The notes: a model not told the origin generated them from the sequence alone. Counted from the stretch's first letter, positions 33,849 to 46,814 are shown. The stretch: DNA of 64,000 bases from an uncultured Bifidobacterium sp. (GCA_964515155.1 CAZESK010000002.1:10950-74949); one strand, 5' to 3'. Made by a program: numbers and translations.

Positions 33849-33926
33849 CTGGTGTCCTTTCATTTATCGGGTGGTTGGTACGCGGAATGCGTTCCGATTG
33901 GACTGGCGCCAGATCGATTAAGTGCC

Positions 33927-35312
33927 TCATAGGTGGTGTGGTACTTGCAAGGCCATGGACGCAGGCATGCCCTGATGGGTCACATCCCGGAATGCCGCGT
34001 GTTCGTCGCTGGCATATTCCTCAAGCCGGTTATAGAGGGTCTTCAGGCTGATCCCGAGCAGATCGGCAGTACGTTTTTTCACACCACCGCAAAGCTCGAG
34101 CGTGGCGAAGATCAGCTTGCGATCAACATCGGCCAGTGAGGTGCCGACCGGAATGGCCAGCGTCAAGGCTGTTGCCGGACTGCGTGCGGGCTCGGTCTCA
34201 AGAGTGGTTACGTCGAGTAGCTGGTCAGAAAGGATGTAGGCACGATGAATGAAATTACGCAGTTCACGAACATTACCGGGCCAGTGGTACTGGCAAAGCG
34301 TAACCAGTGCCTTGGCGGAGATCTGCTTACCGGTACCGTGGGTTGTGTTGAATTCCTCGAGAAAATGACGAGCGAGTATTTCGATATCCTGTCCACGCTC
34401 TCGCAACGCCGGAATCCTGAGCGGAAAGACATTCAGCCGGTGGTATAAGTCGAGCCGCAGACGTCCCTCGGCAATGGCTGCCTCCGGATCGCGGTTGGTT
34501 GCGGCGATGATGCGCACGTTGGCGCTCAACTCTTGATTGCTGCCAATACGCATGAAGGTCCCCGTTTCGAGCACGCGCAGCAGCTTGACCTGCAGCTCGA
34601 TCGGCATTTCGATCACTTCATCAAGGAAGAGCGTACCGCCTGAGGCACGTTCAAAGTAACCCTTATGCTGCCGATCTGCGCCGGTGAAGCTGCCTCGCTC
34701 GTGACCAAAGATCTCGCTTTCGATCAGGTGCGGAGAGATCGCACCGCAGTTCACCGGGAGAAAGGGTCGACTGTGACGCAACGAAAGCGCATGGATGCTC
34801 TGCGAAACGAGTTCCTTGCCGGTGCCGCTTTCGCCCAGCAGCAGTACGTTGGCCTCGGTCGGGGCGACGCGGCCGATATGCTCACGCAAGGTCTGCATCA
34901 CTGCTGACGAACCCAACAGTTGCGGTGCAACAGCCGTGAGCGATGTCTCAGTGCGGAGACGTGGTTTACACGAGCCCATTAATTGGCGCAGACGGCGCAG
35001 ATCGACCGGCTTGATCAAATAGTCGACTGCTCCGCGGCGGAAGGCATCGATCACCTGAGTCGCCGTGGGCTGCTCAGCCATGAGCGCCAGCGCCGGCGGA
35101 TCGCTGACGCTCAATGCTTCGAGCAGGTCGAGCCCGCTGCCATCTGGCAGATGCTGCGCAGCGAGGATAAGGTCAGGCAGTTGGATCGCCAGCTGTATGA
35201 CAGCCTGCTTCAGGCTGGACGCAACAGTACAGGTGCAAGGCTCGCCGGATAGCATGGCGCTCAGTGCTCCCGTGTTCAGCGTATCGGCATCAACAATCAG
35301 GACATGTGGCAT
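33927..35312 (-). CDS. sigma-54-dependent transcriptional activator with an atypical (Asp-less) receiver domain
   Basis: 461 aa: receiver-like N-terminus, AAA+ domain (GESGTGKE, GSFTGA) and a C-terminal Fis-type HTH. PDLILAAQHLPDGSG aligns to NtrC PDVLLSDIRMPGMDG, placing Ala at the phospho-acceptor position. Confidence 0.9.
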   Translation of the reverse strand: MPHVLIVDADTLNTGALSAMLSGEPCTCTVASSLKQAVIQLAIQLPDLILAAQHLPDGSGLDLLEALSVSDPPALALMAEQPTATQVIDAFRRGAVDYLIKPVDLRRLRQLMGSCKPRLRTETSLTAVAPQLLGSSAVMQTLREHIGRVAPTEANVLLLGESGTGKELVSQSIHALSLRHSRPFLPVNCGAISPHLIESEIFGHERGSFTGADRQHKGYFERASGGTLFLDEVIEMPIELQVKLLRVLETGTFMRIGSNQELSANVRIIAATNRDPEAAIAEGRLRLDLYHRLNVFPLRIPALRERGQDIEILARHFLEEFNTTHGTGKQISAKALVTLCQYHWPGNVRELRNFIHRAYILSDQLLDVTTLETEPARSPATALTLAIPVGTSLADVDRKLIFATLELCGGVKKRTADLLGISLKTLYNRLEEYASDEHAAFRDVTHQGMPASMALQVPHHL

Positions 35313-35355
35313 CGGGCAAACTGACCGGATGAAACGGTCACGGCGATAGGAAGAA

Positions 35356-35388
35356 GAAAGGGACAGTACCTGCGGGCCCGTCCCTTTC
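35356..35388 (-). terminator. possible terminator after the lipoprotein pair
   Basis: GAAAGGGAC-15 nt-GTCCCTTTC hairpin with a T-rich tract following on the minus strand. Confidence 0.45.
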
Positions 35389-35417
35389 GGAGTGCGCTGC
35401 GCGCAGCGAATTTACTT

Positions 35418-35687
35418 CTACTGCGACGGGGACTTTGACGGGCCCGACGGAGAACCCGGCTCCGTGCCGGCACCAGCACCACGGCTGCTGTCACTGCCGG
35501 TACCGCTGGTACCGCCGCGGCTGTCCGTCGCCTTGCCTCCACCGGATTGCGAGCTGCCGATGCCGCTGCGCCCGGATGAGCCTGCTGCCCCGCTATCTTC
35601 ACCAGCTCTCTGGCAAGCGACCAGCGAGCCGGTGACGAACAAGGGCAATAACAGCAATGCCAACCAGCGAGTGATTTGTCTGTTCAT
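35418..35687 (-). CDS. Gly/Ser-rich low-complexity lipoprotein (89 aa)
   Basis: MNRQITRWLALLLLPLFVTGSLVAC lipobox with GAGGA SD. The mature part is almost entirely G/S/T/A/R. Confidence 0.6.
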   Translation of the reverse strand: MNRQITRWLALLLLPLFVTGSLVACQRAGEDSGAAGSSGRSGIGSSQSGGGKATDSRGGTSGTGSDSSRGAGAGTEPGSPSGPSKSPSQ

Positions 35688-35738
35688 ATCGACCGTCCTC
35701 ATAAAGAAATGATGCATTCTTCAGGCGCAGGAGAGCGC

Positions 35739-36230
35739 TTACCGCGATCCACCCGGGCTGCTGCTGCCACCGGTCGAACTGCCCGATGCGCCGCCCAAAC
35801 TGCTGCCCAGACCGCTATCACTGCCCGCACTGCCCGGTGTACTGGTGCCAGTCCCGCCACTACCCGTACCCGAGGCACCAGCGCTTGACGAGCCTGAGGG
35901 ACTGACGCTCGAGGTGTCAGCACCGCTGGATGATGCACCGCTGCCGGCGCTGCCGGTTCCAGGTGAACCGCTGCTACCACCACCCGGTGTGGATGCACCG
36001 CCCGGCGGCGTGGTGCTGTCCCCACCCGAGGGGGCGCTCGGCGCGGCTCCCGGCGACTCGGACGGCGGCGGTGTGGTGGTGGCCGGTGCCGACGAGCTGG
36101 GCGCGCTGCTCGTACCGCCGGTGCCGCCCTGGTCTGCGCTGCCGCCACCGCCGCGGTTGCAGGCTGCGACGCTCATCGTCAGCAAGCCCGCCAGGATGAG
36201 TAATTTTGAAGCATGCAGTCTTGAGTTCAT
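35739..36230 (-). CDS. Gly/Ser/Thr/Pro-rich low-complexity lipoprotein (163 aa)
   Basis: MNSRLHASKLLILAGLLTMSVAAC lipobox with AAGGA SD 6 nt upstream. The mature part is a non-repetitive G/S/T/P/A tract. This frame was chosen because it is the only one with a signal peptide. Confidence 0.6.
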   Translation of the reverse strand: MNSRLHASKLLILAGLLTMSVAACNRGGGGSADQGGTGGTSSAPSSSAPATTTPPPSESPGAAPSAPSGGDSTTPPGGASTPGGGSSGSPGTGSAGSGASSSGADTSSVSPSGSSSAGASGTGSGGTGTSTPGSAGSDSGLGSSLGGASGSSTGGSSSPGGSR

Positions 36231-36476
36231 TGCCATTCCTTTCAACTAACGATGAAGTCGTCGCCTTCCGTCTTGACTGGGGCATGCTGCATAAGTTTCA
36301 ACATGGAGGGTGACCGTCTGCGATTCAGCAAAACCATTCACGCTACCCGTATCGCGTGCAGCGATCGCTGTGATGCGGAATGACTGATCGCGTTTGATCT
36401 CCCGCAGGGAATGAAACACTGTGGGGCGCGGCCAGGCACGGCAGGTGTCCAATGCTTGTTTCTTGGCGGTGAATGG

Positions 36477-37514
36477 ATGACCAATAAGAAAGCGCTGAAG
36501 CAATTCGGGCGGCTATACGGCAGTTCAGTGGTGATGGAAGACCTGTATCGCCAGCTTGAGCGCGCGGCCAGCACCGACGCCACCGTCTTGCTCGAAGGCG
36601 AAAGCGGCACCGGTAAGGAGCTCATTGCTCATACCCTGCATCTGTCCAGCCAAAGGTCGGGGCGCCAGTTCGTCGCCGTCAATTGCGGCGCGATCCCGGG
36701 TCATCTGATTGAGGCGGCGCTGTTTGGGCACGAAAAGGGAAGTTTCACCGGTGCTCTTCGGCAGCAGACGGGCTACTTCGAGCATGCCAGCGGCGGCACG
36801 CTCTTCCTCGATGAGATCACCGAAATGCCCTGTGATATGCAGGTCAAGCTGCTGCGGGTGCTTGAGAGTGGCTGCTTTCATCGGGTCGGTGGAAGCGACC
36901 AGGTCAGCGTGGATGTGCGGCTCATTGCAGCGACGAACCGCTCGCTGCTGCAATCGGTCCAGGCGGGGCAGCTGCGGCAAGATCTGATGTATCGGCTTGC
37001 GGTCTTGCCGATCCGGGTACCGCCGCTACGCCAGCGCGGACACGATATCGAGTTGCTGGCTTACCATTTCCTGAAGGAGCTGAATACGCAGGCTGGCACA
37101 TCCAAACGGTTCTCGCGTTCGACCATTGAGGTTCTGCGTAACCATACCTGGCCAGGAAACGTGAGGGAGCTGCGGAATGTTGTCCACCGGGCCTACATTC
37201 TGTCGGCTGATGTTGTGGATGTGGACGCGCCCCCTGCGCGCGGGGTGGGAACTACCGTGCTGACCAATGGGACGTTGCGCTTTCCGGTGGGTACGCCACT
37301 GGCCGATGCACAGCGCGAACTGATCATGGCTACGCTGAGCCACTTCAGCGGTAACAAGCGACTGACCGCATCAGTACTGGGAATCAGCGTGAAGACACTC
37401 TATAACCGGCTAAAGGCATATGGACCTCACGCGAGGCATCCGCGACCAGCGTGCCGGCTGTCCGGTTGTATACCTGTCGTCAACGCCGGCGATAAACAGG
37501 CCTGCAGAGAATGA
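36477..37514 (+). CDS. sigma-54-dependent transcriptional activator lacking any N-terminal regulatory domain (PspF-like architecture)
   Basis: 345 aa. The AAA+ core starts about 12 aa after the ATG (GESGTGKE, GSFTGA), followed by a Fis-type HTH. Clear paralog of the 33927..35312 activator. Confidence 0.85.
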   Translation: MTNKKALKQFGRLYGSSVVMEDLYRQLERAASTDATVLLEGESGTGKELIAHTLHLSSQRSGRQFVAVNCGAIPGHLIEAALFGHEKGSFTGALRQQTGYFEHASGGTLFLDEITEMPCDMQVKLLRVLESGCFHRVGGSDQVSVDVRLIAATNRSLLQSVQAGQLRQDLMYRLAVLPIRVPPLRQRGHDIELLAYHFLKELNTQAGTSKRFSRSTIEVLRNHTWPGNVRELRNVVHRAYILSADVVDVDAPPARGVGTTVLTNGTLRFPVGTPLADAQRELIMATLSHFSGNKRLTASVLGISVKTLYNRLKAYGPHARHPRPACRLSGCIPVVNAGDKQACRE

Positions 37515-38510
37515 TCAGGCTGCTTCAGGCAGAGCCTGTGCCGCCTGCCAGAGCAGCTGTGGATCGCCGCAGGCCAGCGCTTTTGCGTCCGACATTTTCT
37601 GTCGGAACTCACGTGCGCCGCGCAAGCCCATCATGATACCCAGCATGTGGCGCACGATGGAGTTCATGCGCGGACCACCGGTAGCGACTTGGGAAGCGAT
37701 GTAGGGCAACATGGCTTCGACCACTTGCAAACGTGTCTGGGTGAAAGGCTGATCGCCGTAGTAGCGTTCGTCGAAAGCCGTGAGTAGCCAGGGATTGTGA
37801 TAAGCCTCGCGACCGATCATCACGCCATCGAGATGCTCCAGGTGCATGTCGATCTCTTCCAGCGTACGGATACCACCATTGACGATAATCTCGAGCTGCG
37901 GGAAATCCTTTTTCAGCTGGTACGCATAGGCATACTTGAGCGGCGGGATATCGCGGTTTTCTTTCGGTGACAGGCCTTTGAGGATTGCATTACGCGCGTG
38001 GACAATGAACGTTTTGCAGCCGGCCTCCGCGATGGTACCGACAAAGTCACGCACAAAATCGTAGGACTCGACATCATTGATGCCAATGCGGTGCTTGACG
38101 GTGACGTCAATATCGACCGCATCACGCATCGCTCTCACGCCGTCGGCAACCAGTGAAGGCTCGGCCATCAGGCAGGCGCCGAACGCACCCCGCTGGACGC
38201 GCTCGGACGGGCAGCCGCAGTTCAGGTTGATCTCATCGTAACCCCATTGCTTTCCGAGCTTCGCGCACGCGGCGAGCTCATCCGGCTCGCTGCCACCGAG
38301 CTGCAGCGCAACCGGATGCTCTTCCTGATTGAAGTCGAGCTGACGCGGTGCATCACCATGGATGACCGAGCCGGTCGTCACCATCTCTGTGTAGAGCCAG
38401 GTGTGTTTCGTCAGTTGCCGATGAAAATAGCGGCAGTGGCGGTCCGTCCAGTCGAGCATAGGGGCGACGGACAGGCGGCGGGACGGAAGCTTGTTTCGAT
38501 GCGGGCTCAC
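37515..38510 (-). CDS. dusA: tRNA dihydrouridine(20/20a) synthase
   Basis: RRLSVAPMLDWTDRHCRYF and the rest are collinear with DusA. Start set at the GTG below the typA terminator; the start is uncertain. Confidence 0.85.
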   Translation of the reverse strand: MSPHRNKLPSRRLSVAPMLDWTDRHCRYFHRQLTKHTWLYTEMVTTGSVIHGDAPRQLDFNQEEHPVALQLGGSEPDELAACAKLGKQWGYDEINLNCGCPSERVQRGAFGACLMAEPSLVADGVRAMRDAVDIDVTVKHRIGINDVESYDFVRDFVGTIAEAGCKTFIVHARNAILKGLSPKENRDIPPLKYAYAYQLKKDFPQLEIIVNGGIRTLEEIDMHLEHLDGVMIGREAYHNPWLLTAFDERYYGDQPFTQTRLQVVEAMLPYIASQVATGGPRMNSIVRHMLGIMMGLRGAREFRQKMSDAKALACGDPQLLWQAAQALPEAA

Positions 38511-38553
38511 GGTGATCGGGATACGTTGTATGAGAATGATTGTAACGGAGGGG

Positions 38554-38581
38554 AAAAAAGAAAAAGCGCCGTCAGGCGCTT
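38554..38581 (-). terminator. intrinsic terminator downstream of typA
   Basis: Minus strand: AAGCGCCtgacGGCGCTT followed by TTTTTCTTTTTT. Confidence 0.8.
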
Positions 38582-38601
38582 TCTCTTTGTGCCGTACAGG
38601 C

Positions 38602-40440
38602 TTATGCCGCTTCTTCGCGCGAGGCGCGCTTGCGCTCATGTTCCTTCAGGTAGCGCTTGCGCAGGCGGATGCTTTTCGGCGTGATCTCGACCAGTTCGTC
38701 ATCCTCAATGAACTCGACCGCGTACTCCAGCGTCAGCTCGATCGGCGGAACCAGCCGTACGGCTTCATCAGTTCCTGACGCACGCACGTTCGTCAGCTGC
38801 TTGCCCTTGATCGGATTGACCACGAGGTCATTGTCGCGCGAGTGAATGCCGATGATCATACCCTCGTACACCGGGTCGTTATGGCTGACGAACATGCGGC
38901 CGCGATCCTGGAGCTTCCACAGCGCATAGGCGACGGCAGCGCCATCGTCCTGCGAAATGAGCACGCCATTGCGGCGGCCGGCCAGCTCGCCTTTGCTCGG
39001 ATCAACCGGTCCATAGGCATCGAACACGTGGCTCATCAGACCCGTGCCGCGCGTGAGCGTCATGAATTCGCCCTGGAAGCCGATCAGGCCACGCGCCGGG
39101 ATACGGTATTCGAGACGCACGCGGCCCTTGCCGTCTGGCTGCATATCCTGCAAGTCGCCGCGACGTCGACCAAGTTCTTCCATCACACCACCCTGGTGCA
39201 CTTCCTCGACATCGACGGTGAGATTCTCGAAGGGTTCATGACGCACGCCATCAACCATCTTGAAGACCACGCGCGGGCGCGAGACAGCAAGTTCGTAGCC
39301 TTCGCGGCGCATGTTCTCGAGCAGGATGGTCAGATGCAGTTCACCGCGACCGGATACCTCGAAAATGGTGTCATCACTCGTGGGGGCGACACGCAGCGCA
39401 ACGTTGGATTTCAGTTCGCGCTCGAGGCGCTCGCGCAGCTGGCGGCTGGTGACGAACTTGCCTTCGCGGCCGGCGAGAGGCGAGGTGTTGACGATGAAAT
39501 TCATCGTCAGAGTCGGCTCGTCGACGGTCAGCATGGGCAGTGCGTCCGGCGCATCCACCGCGCAGACGGTGGAGCCGATACCGATGTCTTCGATACCGTT
39601 GATCAGCACGATGTCACCGGCCATCGCTTCAGGCACGATCTCACGCTCGAGACCTTTGAATTTCAGCACCTGGTTGATGCGGCCCTTGATCGGGGTCGAA
39701 TCCGGTCCGTTGAGGATCAGTACATCCTGCAGCGGTTTGGCGCGGCCACGCGTGATGCGACCGATACCGATCTTGCCGACATACGATGAGTAGTCGAGCG
39801 ACGAGATCTGCAGCTGGAGCGGACCCTCGAAGTCGTCGTCGCGTACCGGCACGTGCTTGAGGACGGCGTCGAACAGTGGCTTCATGTCGCCTTCGCGCAC
39901 TTCCGAATCGAGGCTGGCATAACCGTTGAGCGCGGACGCAAACACGACCGGGAAATCGAGCTGTTCCTCGGTCGCGCCGAGCTTGTCGAACAGTTCGAAG
40001 GTCGCATTAATCACCCAGTCAGGGCGCGCGCCCGGACGGTCGATCTTGTTGACGACGACGATGGGCTTGAGGCCCAGACCGAGCGCCTTGCGGGTAACGA
40101 AGCGGGTTTGCGGCATCGGGCCCTCGACCGCATCGACCAGCAGCAGCACTGAATCGACCATCGACAGCACGCGCTCGACCTCGCCACCAAAGTCGGCGTG
40201 ACCGGGGGTGTCAACGATATTGATGTGCGTACCCTCGTACTCAACCGCGCAGTTCTTCGCGAGGATGGTGATGCCGCGCTCTTTTTCGAGATCGTTCGAG
40301 TCCATCACGCGGCTGTCGACCTGCTGATTTTCGCGGAAGGTGCCCGATTGTTTGAGCAGCTGGTCAACCAGCGTGGTCTTGCCATGATCGACGTGGGCGA
40401 TGATGGCGATGTTGCGCAGCGCGCGTTGGGTAGTGGTCAT
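38602..40440 (-). CDS. typA: translational GTPase TypA/BipA
   Basis: [18 protein letters not shown] and [14 protein letters not shown], about 610 aa. Start set at [10 protein letters not shown]. Confidence 0.95.
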   Translation of the reverse strand: MTTTQRALRNIAIIAHVDHGKTTLVDQLLKQSGTFRENQQVDSRVMDSNDLEKERGITILAKNCAVEYEGTHINIVDTPGHADFGGEVERVLSMVDSVLLLVDAVEGPMPQTRFVTRKALGLGLKPIVVVNKIDRPGARPDWVINATFELFDKLGATEEQLDFPVVFASALNGYASLDSEVREGDMKPLFDAVLKHVPVRDDDFEGPLQLQISSLDYSSYVGKIGIGRITRGRAKPLQDVLILNGPDSTPIKGRINQVLKFKGLEREIVPEAMAGDIVLINGIEDIGIGSTVCAVDAPDALPMLTVDEPTLTMNFIVNTSPLAGREGKFVTSRQLRERLERELKSNVALRVAPTSDDTIFEVSGRGELHLTILLENMRREGYELAVSRPRVVFKMVDGVRHEPFENLTVDVEEVHQGGVMEELGRRRGDLQDMQPDGKGRVRLEYRIPARGLIGFQGEFMTLTRGTGLMSHVFDAYGPVDPSKGELAGRRNGVLISQDDGAAVAYALWKLQDRGRMFVSHNDPVYEGMIIGIHSRDNDLVVNPIKGKQLTNVRASGTDEAVRLVPPIELTLEYAVEFIEDDELVEITPKSIRLRKRYLKEHERKRASREEAA

Positions 40441-40520
40441 GGGATGCGGAGCAAGATAGATTCGGGAAACCCGCGAGTTTAGCACGCCGGCGTGTCAGAA
40501 TTGAGAAAAATCCTGAAATT

Positions 40521-41453
40521 TCAATGGGTTGGGATGCTGGACATCAGCCGTTCGGGAACCAGCAACGCACCTTCCACCAGCCTCGCCGTGCCGAGCAATA
40601 CGAGGCCTGGCCCGTAGACCCGCACTCGTCCGTCCCGGCAGGGCGCAGTGATCCCTGCGCGCTGCAGGGCAATCCGTTGCCCCTGCCCGAAGCGGCGTGC
40701 CAATTCGGCATCGAGTTGCAGCAACGGGAAGGTCGACAACAGCGCGTCGACCGGTAGCAGGTGTGCAGGCCGCTTGTCCTCGGCCAACGAGGCCAGCGCG
40801 TCAAGCCCGGTGGCGGCGGACAGATCCAGGGTGTCAATGCCGGTCCGGCGCAAGGCCCGCAGGTGGGCGCCACAACCCAGCGCCGCACCGATGTCCTCAC
40901 CGAGCACGCGCACATACGTTCCCTTGCTGCAGGTGACACGCAGCGTCATTTCCGGCAGTGCCAAATCGATCAATTCCAGCGCATGAATACTGACATCGCG
41001 CGCCTCGCGTTCGAGCGTGATGCCCTTGCGCGCATATTCGTAAAGCGGCTTGCCATCGCGCTTCAAGGCCGAATACATCGGCGGCACTTGCCGGATGGGT
41101 CCGCGAAAGTTCCGCAATACGGCTTCCACCTCGTCGCGGCAGATTGTCACCGGACGCGTCTCAACAACCTCGCCCTCGGTGTCGCCCGTCGTCGTGGTGA
41201 TACCCAGCCGCACGACGGCTTCATAGGTTTTGTCTGCTTCGAGCAAATCCTGCGCAAACTTTGTGGCCTCACCGAAGCACAACGGTAGCAGGCCGGTGGC
41301 AAAAGGATCGAGCGTACCGGTGTGTCCTGCCTTCTCCGCGTTGAGCAACCACTTCGCCTTGGCCAGCGCCTGTGTGCTGCTCATGCCGGCGGGCTTGTCG
41401 AGCAGCAGCACGCCGTGCACGGGCACGCGCTTGCGTTTCACGGGCAGGTTCAT
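40521..41453 (-). CDS. truB: tRNA pseudouridine(55) synthase
   Basis: GVLLLDKPAGMSS and HTGTLDPFATGLL motifs. Confidence 0.95.
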   Translation of the reverse strand: MNLPVKRKRVPVHGVLLLDKPAGMSSTQALAKAKWLLNAEKAGHTGTLDPFATGLLPLCFGEATKFAQDLLEADKTYEAVVRLGITTTTGDTEGEVVETRPVTICRDEVEAVLRNFRGPIRQVPPMYSALKRDGKPLYEYARKGITLEREARDVSIHALELIDLALPEMTLRVTCSKGTYVRVLGEDIGAALGCGAHLRALRRTGIDTLDLSAATGLDALASLAEDKRPAHLLPVDALLSTFPLLQLDAELARRFGQGQRIALQRAGITAPCRDGRVRVYGPGLVLLGTARLVEGALLVPERLMSSIPTH

Positions 41454-41469
41454 CAGGCGGCGTGGAGCG

Positions 41470-41859
41470 TTACTGCTCGTCTCCGTCTTTCGCGCGGGTG
41501 GCGTTCGCTTCGTCGATCAGCTTCGACAACGCTGCCCCCCGTGACGTGGAGATATCGTGCATGAAGTGCAGCTCAGGTAACGTGTGGATATGCAAGCGTC
41601 GCCCGAGTTGGGCGCGCAAGAAGCCAGACGCTTTTTTCAGGCCCTGCAAGGTGTTCTGTACGGCTGCCGGCTCATCATTCAGGGTGGTGAAGAAAATCTT
41701 GGCATGCGCGTAATCGGGGGTCAGCTGTACCTCGGTCAGCGTGACCATGCCGACGCGCGGATCCTTCACTTCCATGGCAATCAGCTCGGCCAGATCCTTT
41801 TGGATCTGGTCGGCGACGCGCTGGCTGCGTCCGGGAATGGATTTGCTGTGTTTGACCAT
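41470..41859 (-). CDS. rbfA: ribosome-binding factor A
   Basis: [17 protein letters not shown]...[25 protein letters not shown]. Confidence 0.95.
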   Translation of the reverse strand: MVKHSKSIPGRSQRVADQIQKDLAELIAMEVKDPRVGMVTLTEVQLTPDYAHAKIFFTTLNDEPAAVQNTLQGLKKASGFLRAQLGRRLHIHTLPELHFMHDISTSRGAALSKLIDEANATRAKDGDEQ

Positions 41860-41906
41860 GCTTCAGAACCGCCCCGGCACAAGCCGGGGAGCGGTATCCT
41901 GGTGAA

Positions 41907-44666
<2,760 letters not shown>

Positions 44667-44711
44667 TCAATCCTCTTTTCTTGTGACGCGTTGGGATGAT
44701 GTTCCGACTGC

Positions 44712-46271
44712 TTACTTGCTCTCTGCGACACTCCAGACGTGCGCCTGTAGTGCCTTGGCGCGGTCGTCGTACTTCGCATCGATCAGTCGCATTTCATCGT
44801 CTGTCACATCCTTGAATTCTTCATCGATCAGCTGGCGCGCGCGGTCGGTTGACAGCGCGAGGATCGCGCCAAACTCGTCGTACGCGAGGCTCGCGAACTG
44901 GTCGAGCGTCTTCACGCCTGCCAGGCCCAGCTTGCCGGCAGTAACGCGATCCATACCCTCGAGGTTAATCAGCGCCTCGTCCATGCCCTCGAGCCCTTCT
45001 TCCGAGGCAATGGCCTCGGTGACGAGCGCGTCGCGTGCGCGGTTGCGCAGTTCGTTCACGGTATCCTCGTCGAAAGCCTCGATCTCGAGCATCTCCTGGA
45101 TCGGAACATAAGCGATCTCTTCGAGCGTGGCGAAGCCTTCCTGAGCAAGGATGTCGGCCACTTCCTCGTCGACGTCGAGCTTTTCCATGAACAGCGTACG
45201 GACCGCCGCTGTTTCCGAAGCCGCCTTGTCCGCCGATTCCTCGGCCGTCATGATGTTGATCTGCCAGCCGGTCAGCTCCGAAGCCAGACGAACGTTCTGA
45301 CCGCCGCGACCAATGGCAATCGCCAGGTTTTCCTCATCGACCACGACATCCATCGCGTGCTTGTCCTCGTCAACAACGATCGACGACACGTTGGCCGGCG
45401 CCAGCGCGCCGATCACGAACTGGGCAGGATCGTCGGACCACAGGACGATATCGACGCGCTCGCCGCCTAGTTCGCCGGTCACGCTCTGCACACGCGAGCC
45501 GCGCATGCCAACGCAGGTGCCGATCGGGTCGATACGCTTGTCGCTGGTGTATACCGCGATCTTCGCGCGCACGCCGGGGTCGCGCGCTGCCGACTTGATC
45601 TGAAGCAGACCCTGCTCGATCTCGGGGACCTCGAGCTCGAACAGCTTCGAGATGAAATCCGGGGCGGTGCGCGAGAGGATCACCTGCGGGCCACGCGCGT
45701 TGCGGTCAATGCGAAGAATATAGGCGCGCACGCGATCGCCGATGCGGAGGTTTTCCTTCGGGATCATCTGGTCGCGCGGCAAGCGCGCTTCGATCTTGCC
45801 GGACTCAACGATGGCATCGCCGCGCTCCATGCGCTTGATCGTGCCTGTGACCAGGGCATCGCCACGGGCGAGGAAGTCGGCCAGGATCTGCTCGCGCTCA
45901 GCGTCGCGAATGCGCTGGAGGACGACCTGCTTGGTATCTTGTGCGAAGCGGCGACCGAAGTCGACCGACTCGATCGGTTCCTCGATGTAGTCATCAACCT
46001 CGATATCCTCGATCTGCTCCTTGGCTTCGAACAGCAGAATCTCCTGGTCAGGCAGTTGCAGGCCGGCTTCATCGGGCACCACGTGCCAGCGGCGGAAGGA
46101 CTCGAATTCGCCGCTGTCGCGGTCGATGGACACGCGAATATCGACCTCACCTTCGTAGCGCTTCTTGGTGGCCTGGGCCAGTGCGTGCTCGAGCGCGCCA
46201 AAGACGACTTCCTTGTCGACATTCTTCTCACGCGCCAGCGCATCGACCAGCAACAAAATTTCGCGACTCAT
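44712..46271 (-). CDS. nusA: transcription termination/antitermination factor NusA
   Basis: [19 protein letters not shown]1 and KH domains, and C-terminal acidic repeats. Confidence 0.97.
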   Translation of the reverse strand: MSREILLLVDALAREKNVDKEVVFGALEHALAQATKKRYEGEVDIRVSIDRDSGEFESFRRWHVVPDEAGLQLPDQEILLFEAKEQIEDIEVDDYIEEPIESVDFGRRFAQDTKQVVLQRIRDAEREQILADFLARGDALVTGTIKRMERGDAIVESGKIEARLPRDQMIPKENLRIGDRVRAYILRIDRNARGPQVILSRTAPDFISKLFELEVPEIEQGLLQIKSAARDPGVRAKIAVYTSDKRIDPIGTCVGMRGSRVQSVTGELGGERVDIVLWSDDPAQFVIGALAPANVSSIVVDEDKHAMDVVVDEENLAIAIGRGGQNVRLASELTGWQINIMTAEESADKAASETAAVRTLFMEKLDVDEEVADILAQEGFATLEEIAYVPIQEMLEIEAFDEDTVNELRNRARDALVTEAIASEEGLEGMDEALINLEGMDRVTAGKLGLAGVKTLDQFASLAYDEFGAILALSTDRARQLIDEEFKDVTDDEMRLIDAKYDDRAKALQAHVWSVAESK

Positions 46272-46741
46272 TTACGGCTCCTGAAATCCACTTTGGGCAC
46301 TAGGCGTGCCTTGTCCACTTCCGCCAACGAAAACTCCAGCATCGCCGGCCCTTCATTTCCTTCGAATTCAAGCTTCAGCGTCTCGCCCTCGGGCTCGTGC
46401 AGCACACCCTGGAAAGACTTGCGATTAGCCGCGGCGGGCATGGCCATCCGTAGCTTGACCACCGCCTCCTGACCGGCGAAGCGCGCATAGTCAGCCAGCT
46501 TCTTGAGCGGACGATCCAGCCCCGGCGACGACACTTCGAGGCGCTCATAACTCGCGTTCTCGACCGTCAGCACGTGCAACAATTGGTGCGTGACTTTTTC
46601 GCAGTCCTCTACCATCACAGGCCGATCCTCTTCAGGCAGCGTATCGATGTAAACGCGCAGCAGGCCGCGCGCGGCAAGTTCGACATCCACCACCTCGTAA
46701 CCCATGCCGGTCACGGTTTTTTCAATCAGCGCGGATAACAC
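46268..46741 (-). CDS. rimP: ribosome maturation factor RimP
   Basis: [20 protein letters not shown]. 4-nt overlap with nusA. Confidence 0.9.
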   Translation of the reverse strand: MLSALIEKTVTGMGYEVVDVELAARGLLRVYIDTLPEEDRPVMVEDCEKVTHQLLHVLTVENASYERLEVSSPGLDRPLKKLADYARFAGQEAVVKLRMAMPAAANRKSFQGVLHEPEGETLKLEFEGNEGPAMLEFSLAEVDKARLVPKVDFRSRK

Positions 46742-46814
46742 CAGACATCACCCCATCGACAGCGGACGCGACACGCGACCGGATACGGCGCCGGACAACC
46801 ACGACGCGTTCGGG

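Noticed and set aside
35699-36249. Alternative-frame ORFs across the low-complexity region (35699..36148 minus, 35845..36249 plus, 35930..36199 plus).
   Set aside because: They are the same GC-rich low-complexity DNA read in other frames. They lack signal peptides and SD sites, whereas the chosen frames begin with canonical lipoprotein signals.
37515-38639. The dusA 5-prime region as a known integration hotspot for integrative elements; also tRNA-Ser, tRNA-His and tRNA-fMet flanks as possible genomic-island borders.
   Set aside because: There is no integrase, no duplicated attachment-site repeat of the dusA 5-prime end or the tRNA 3-prime ends, and the flanking genes are ordinary chromosomal genes.
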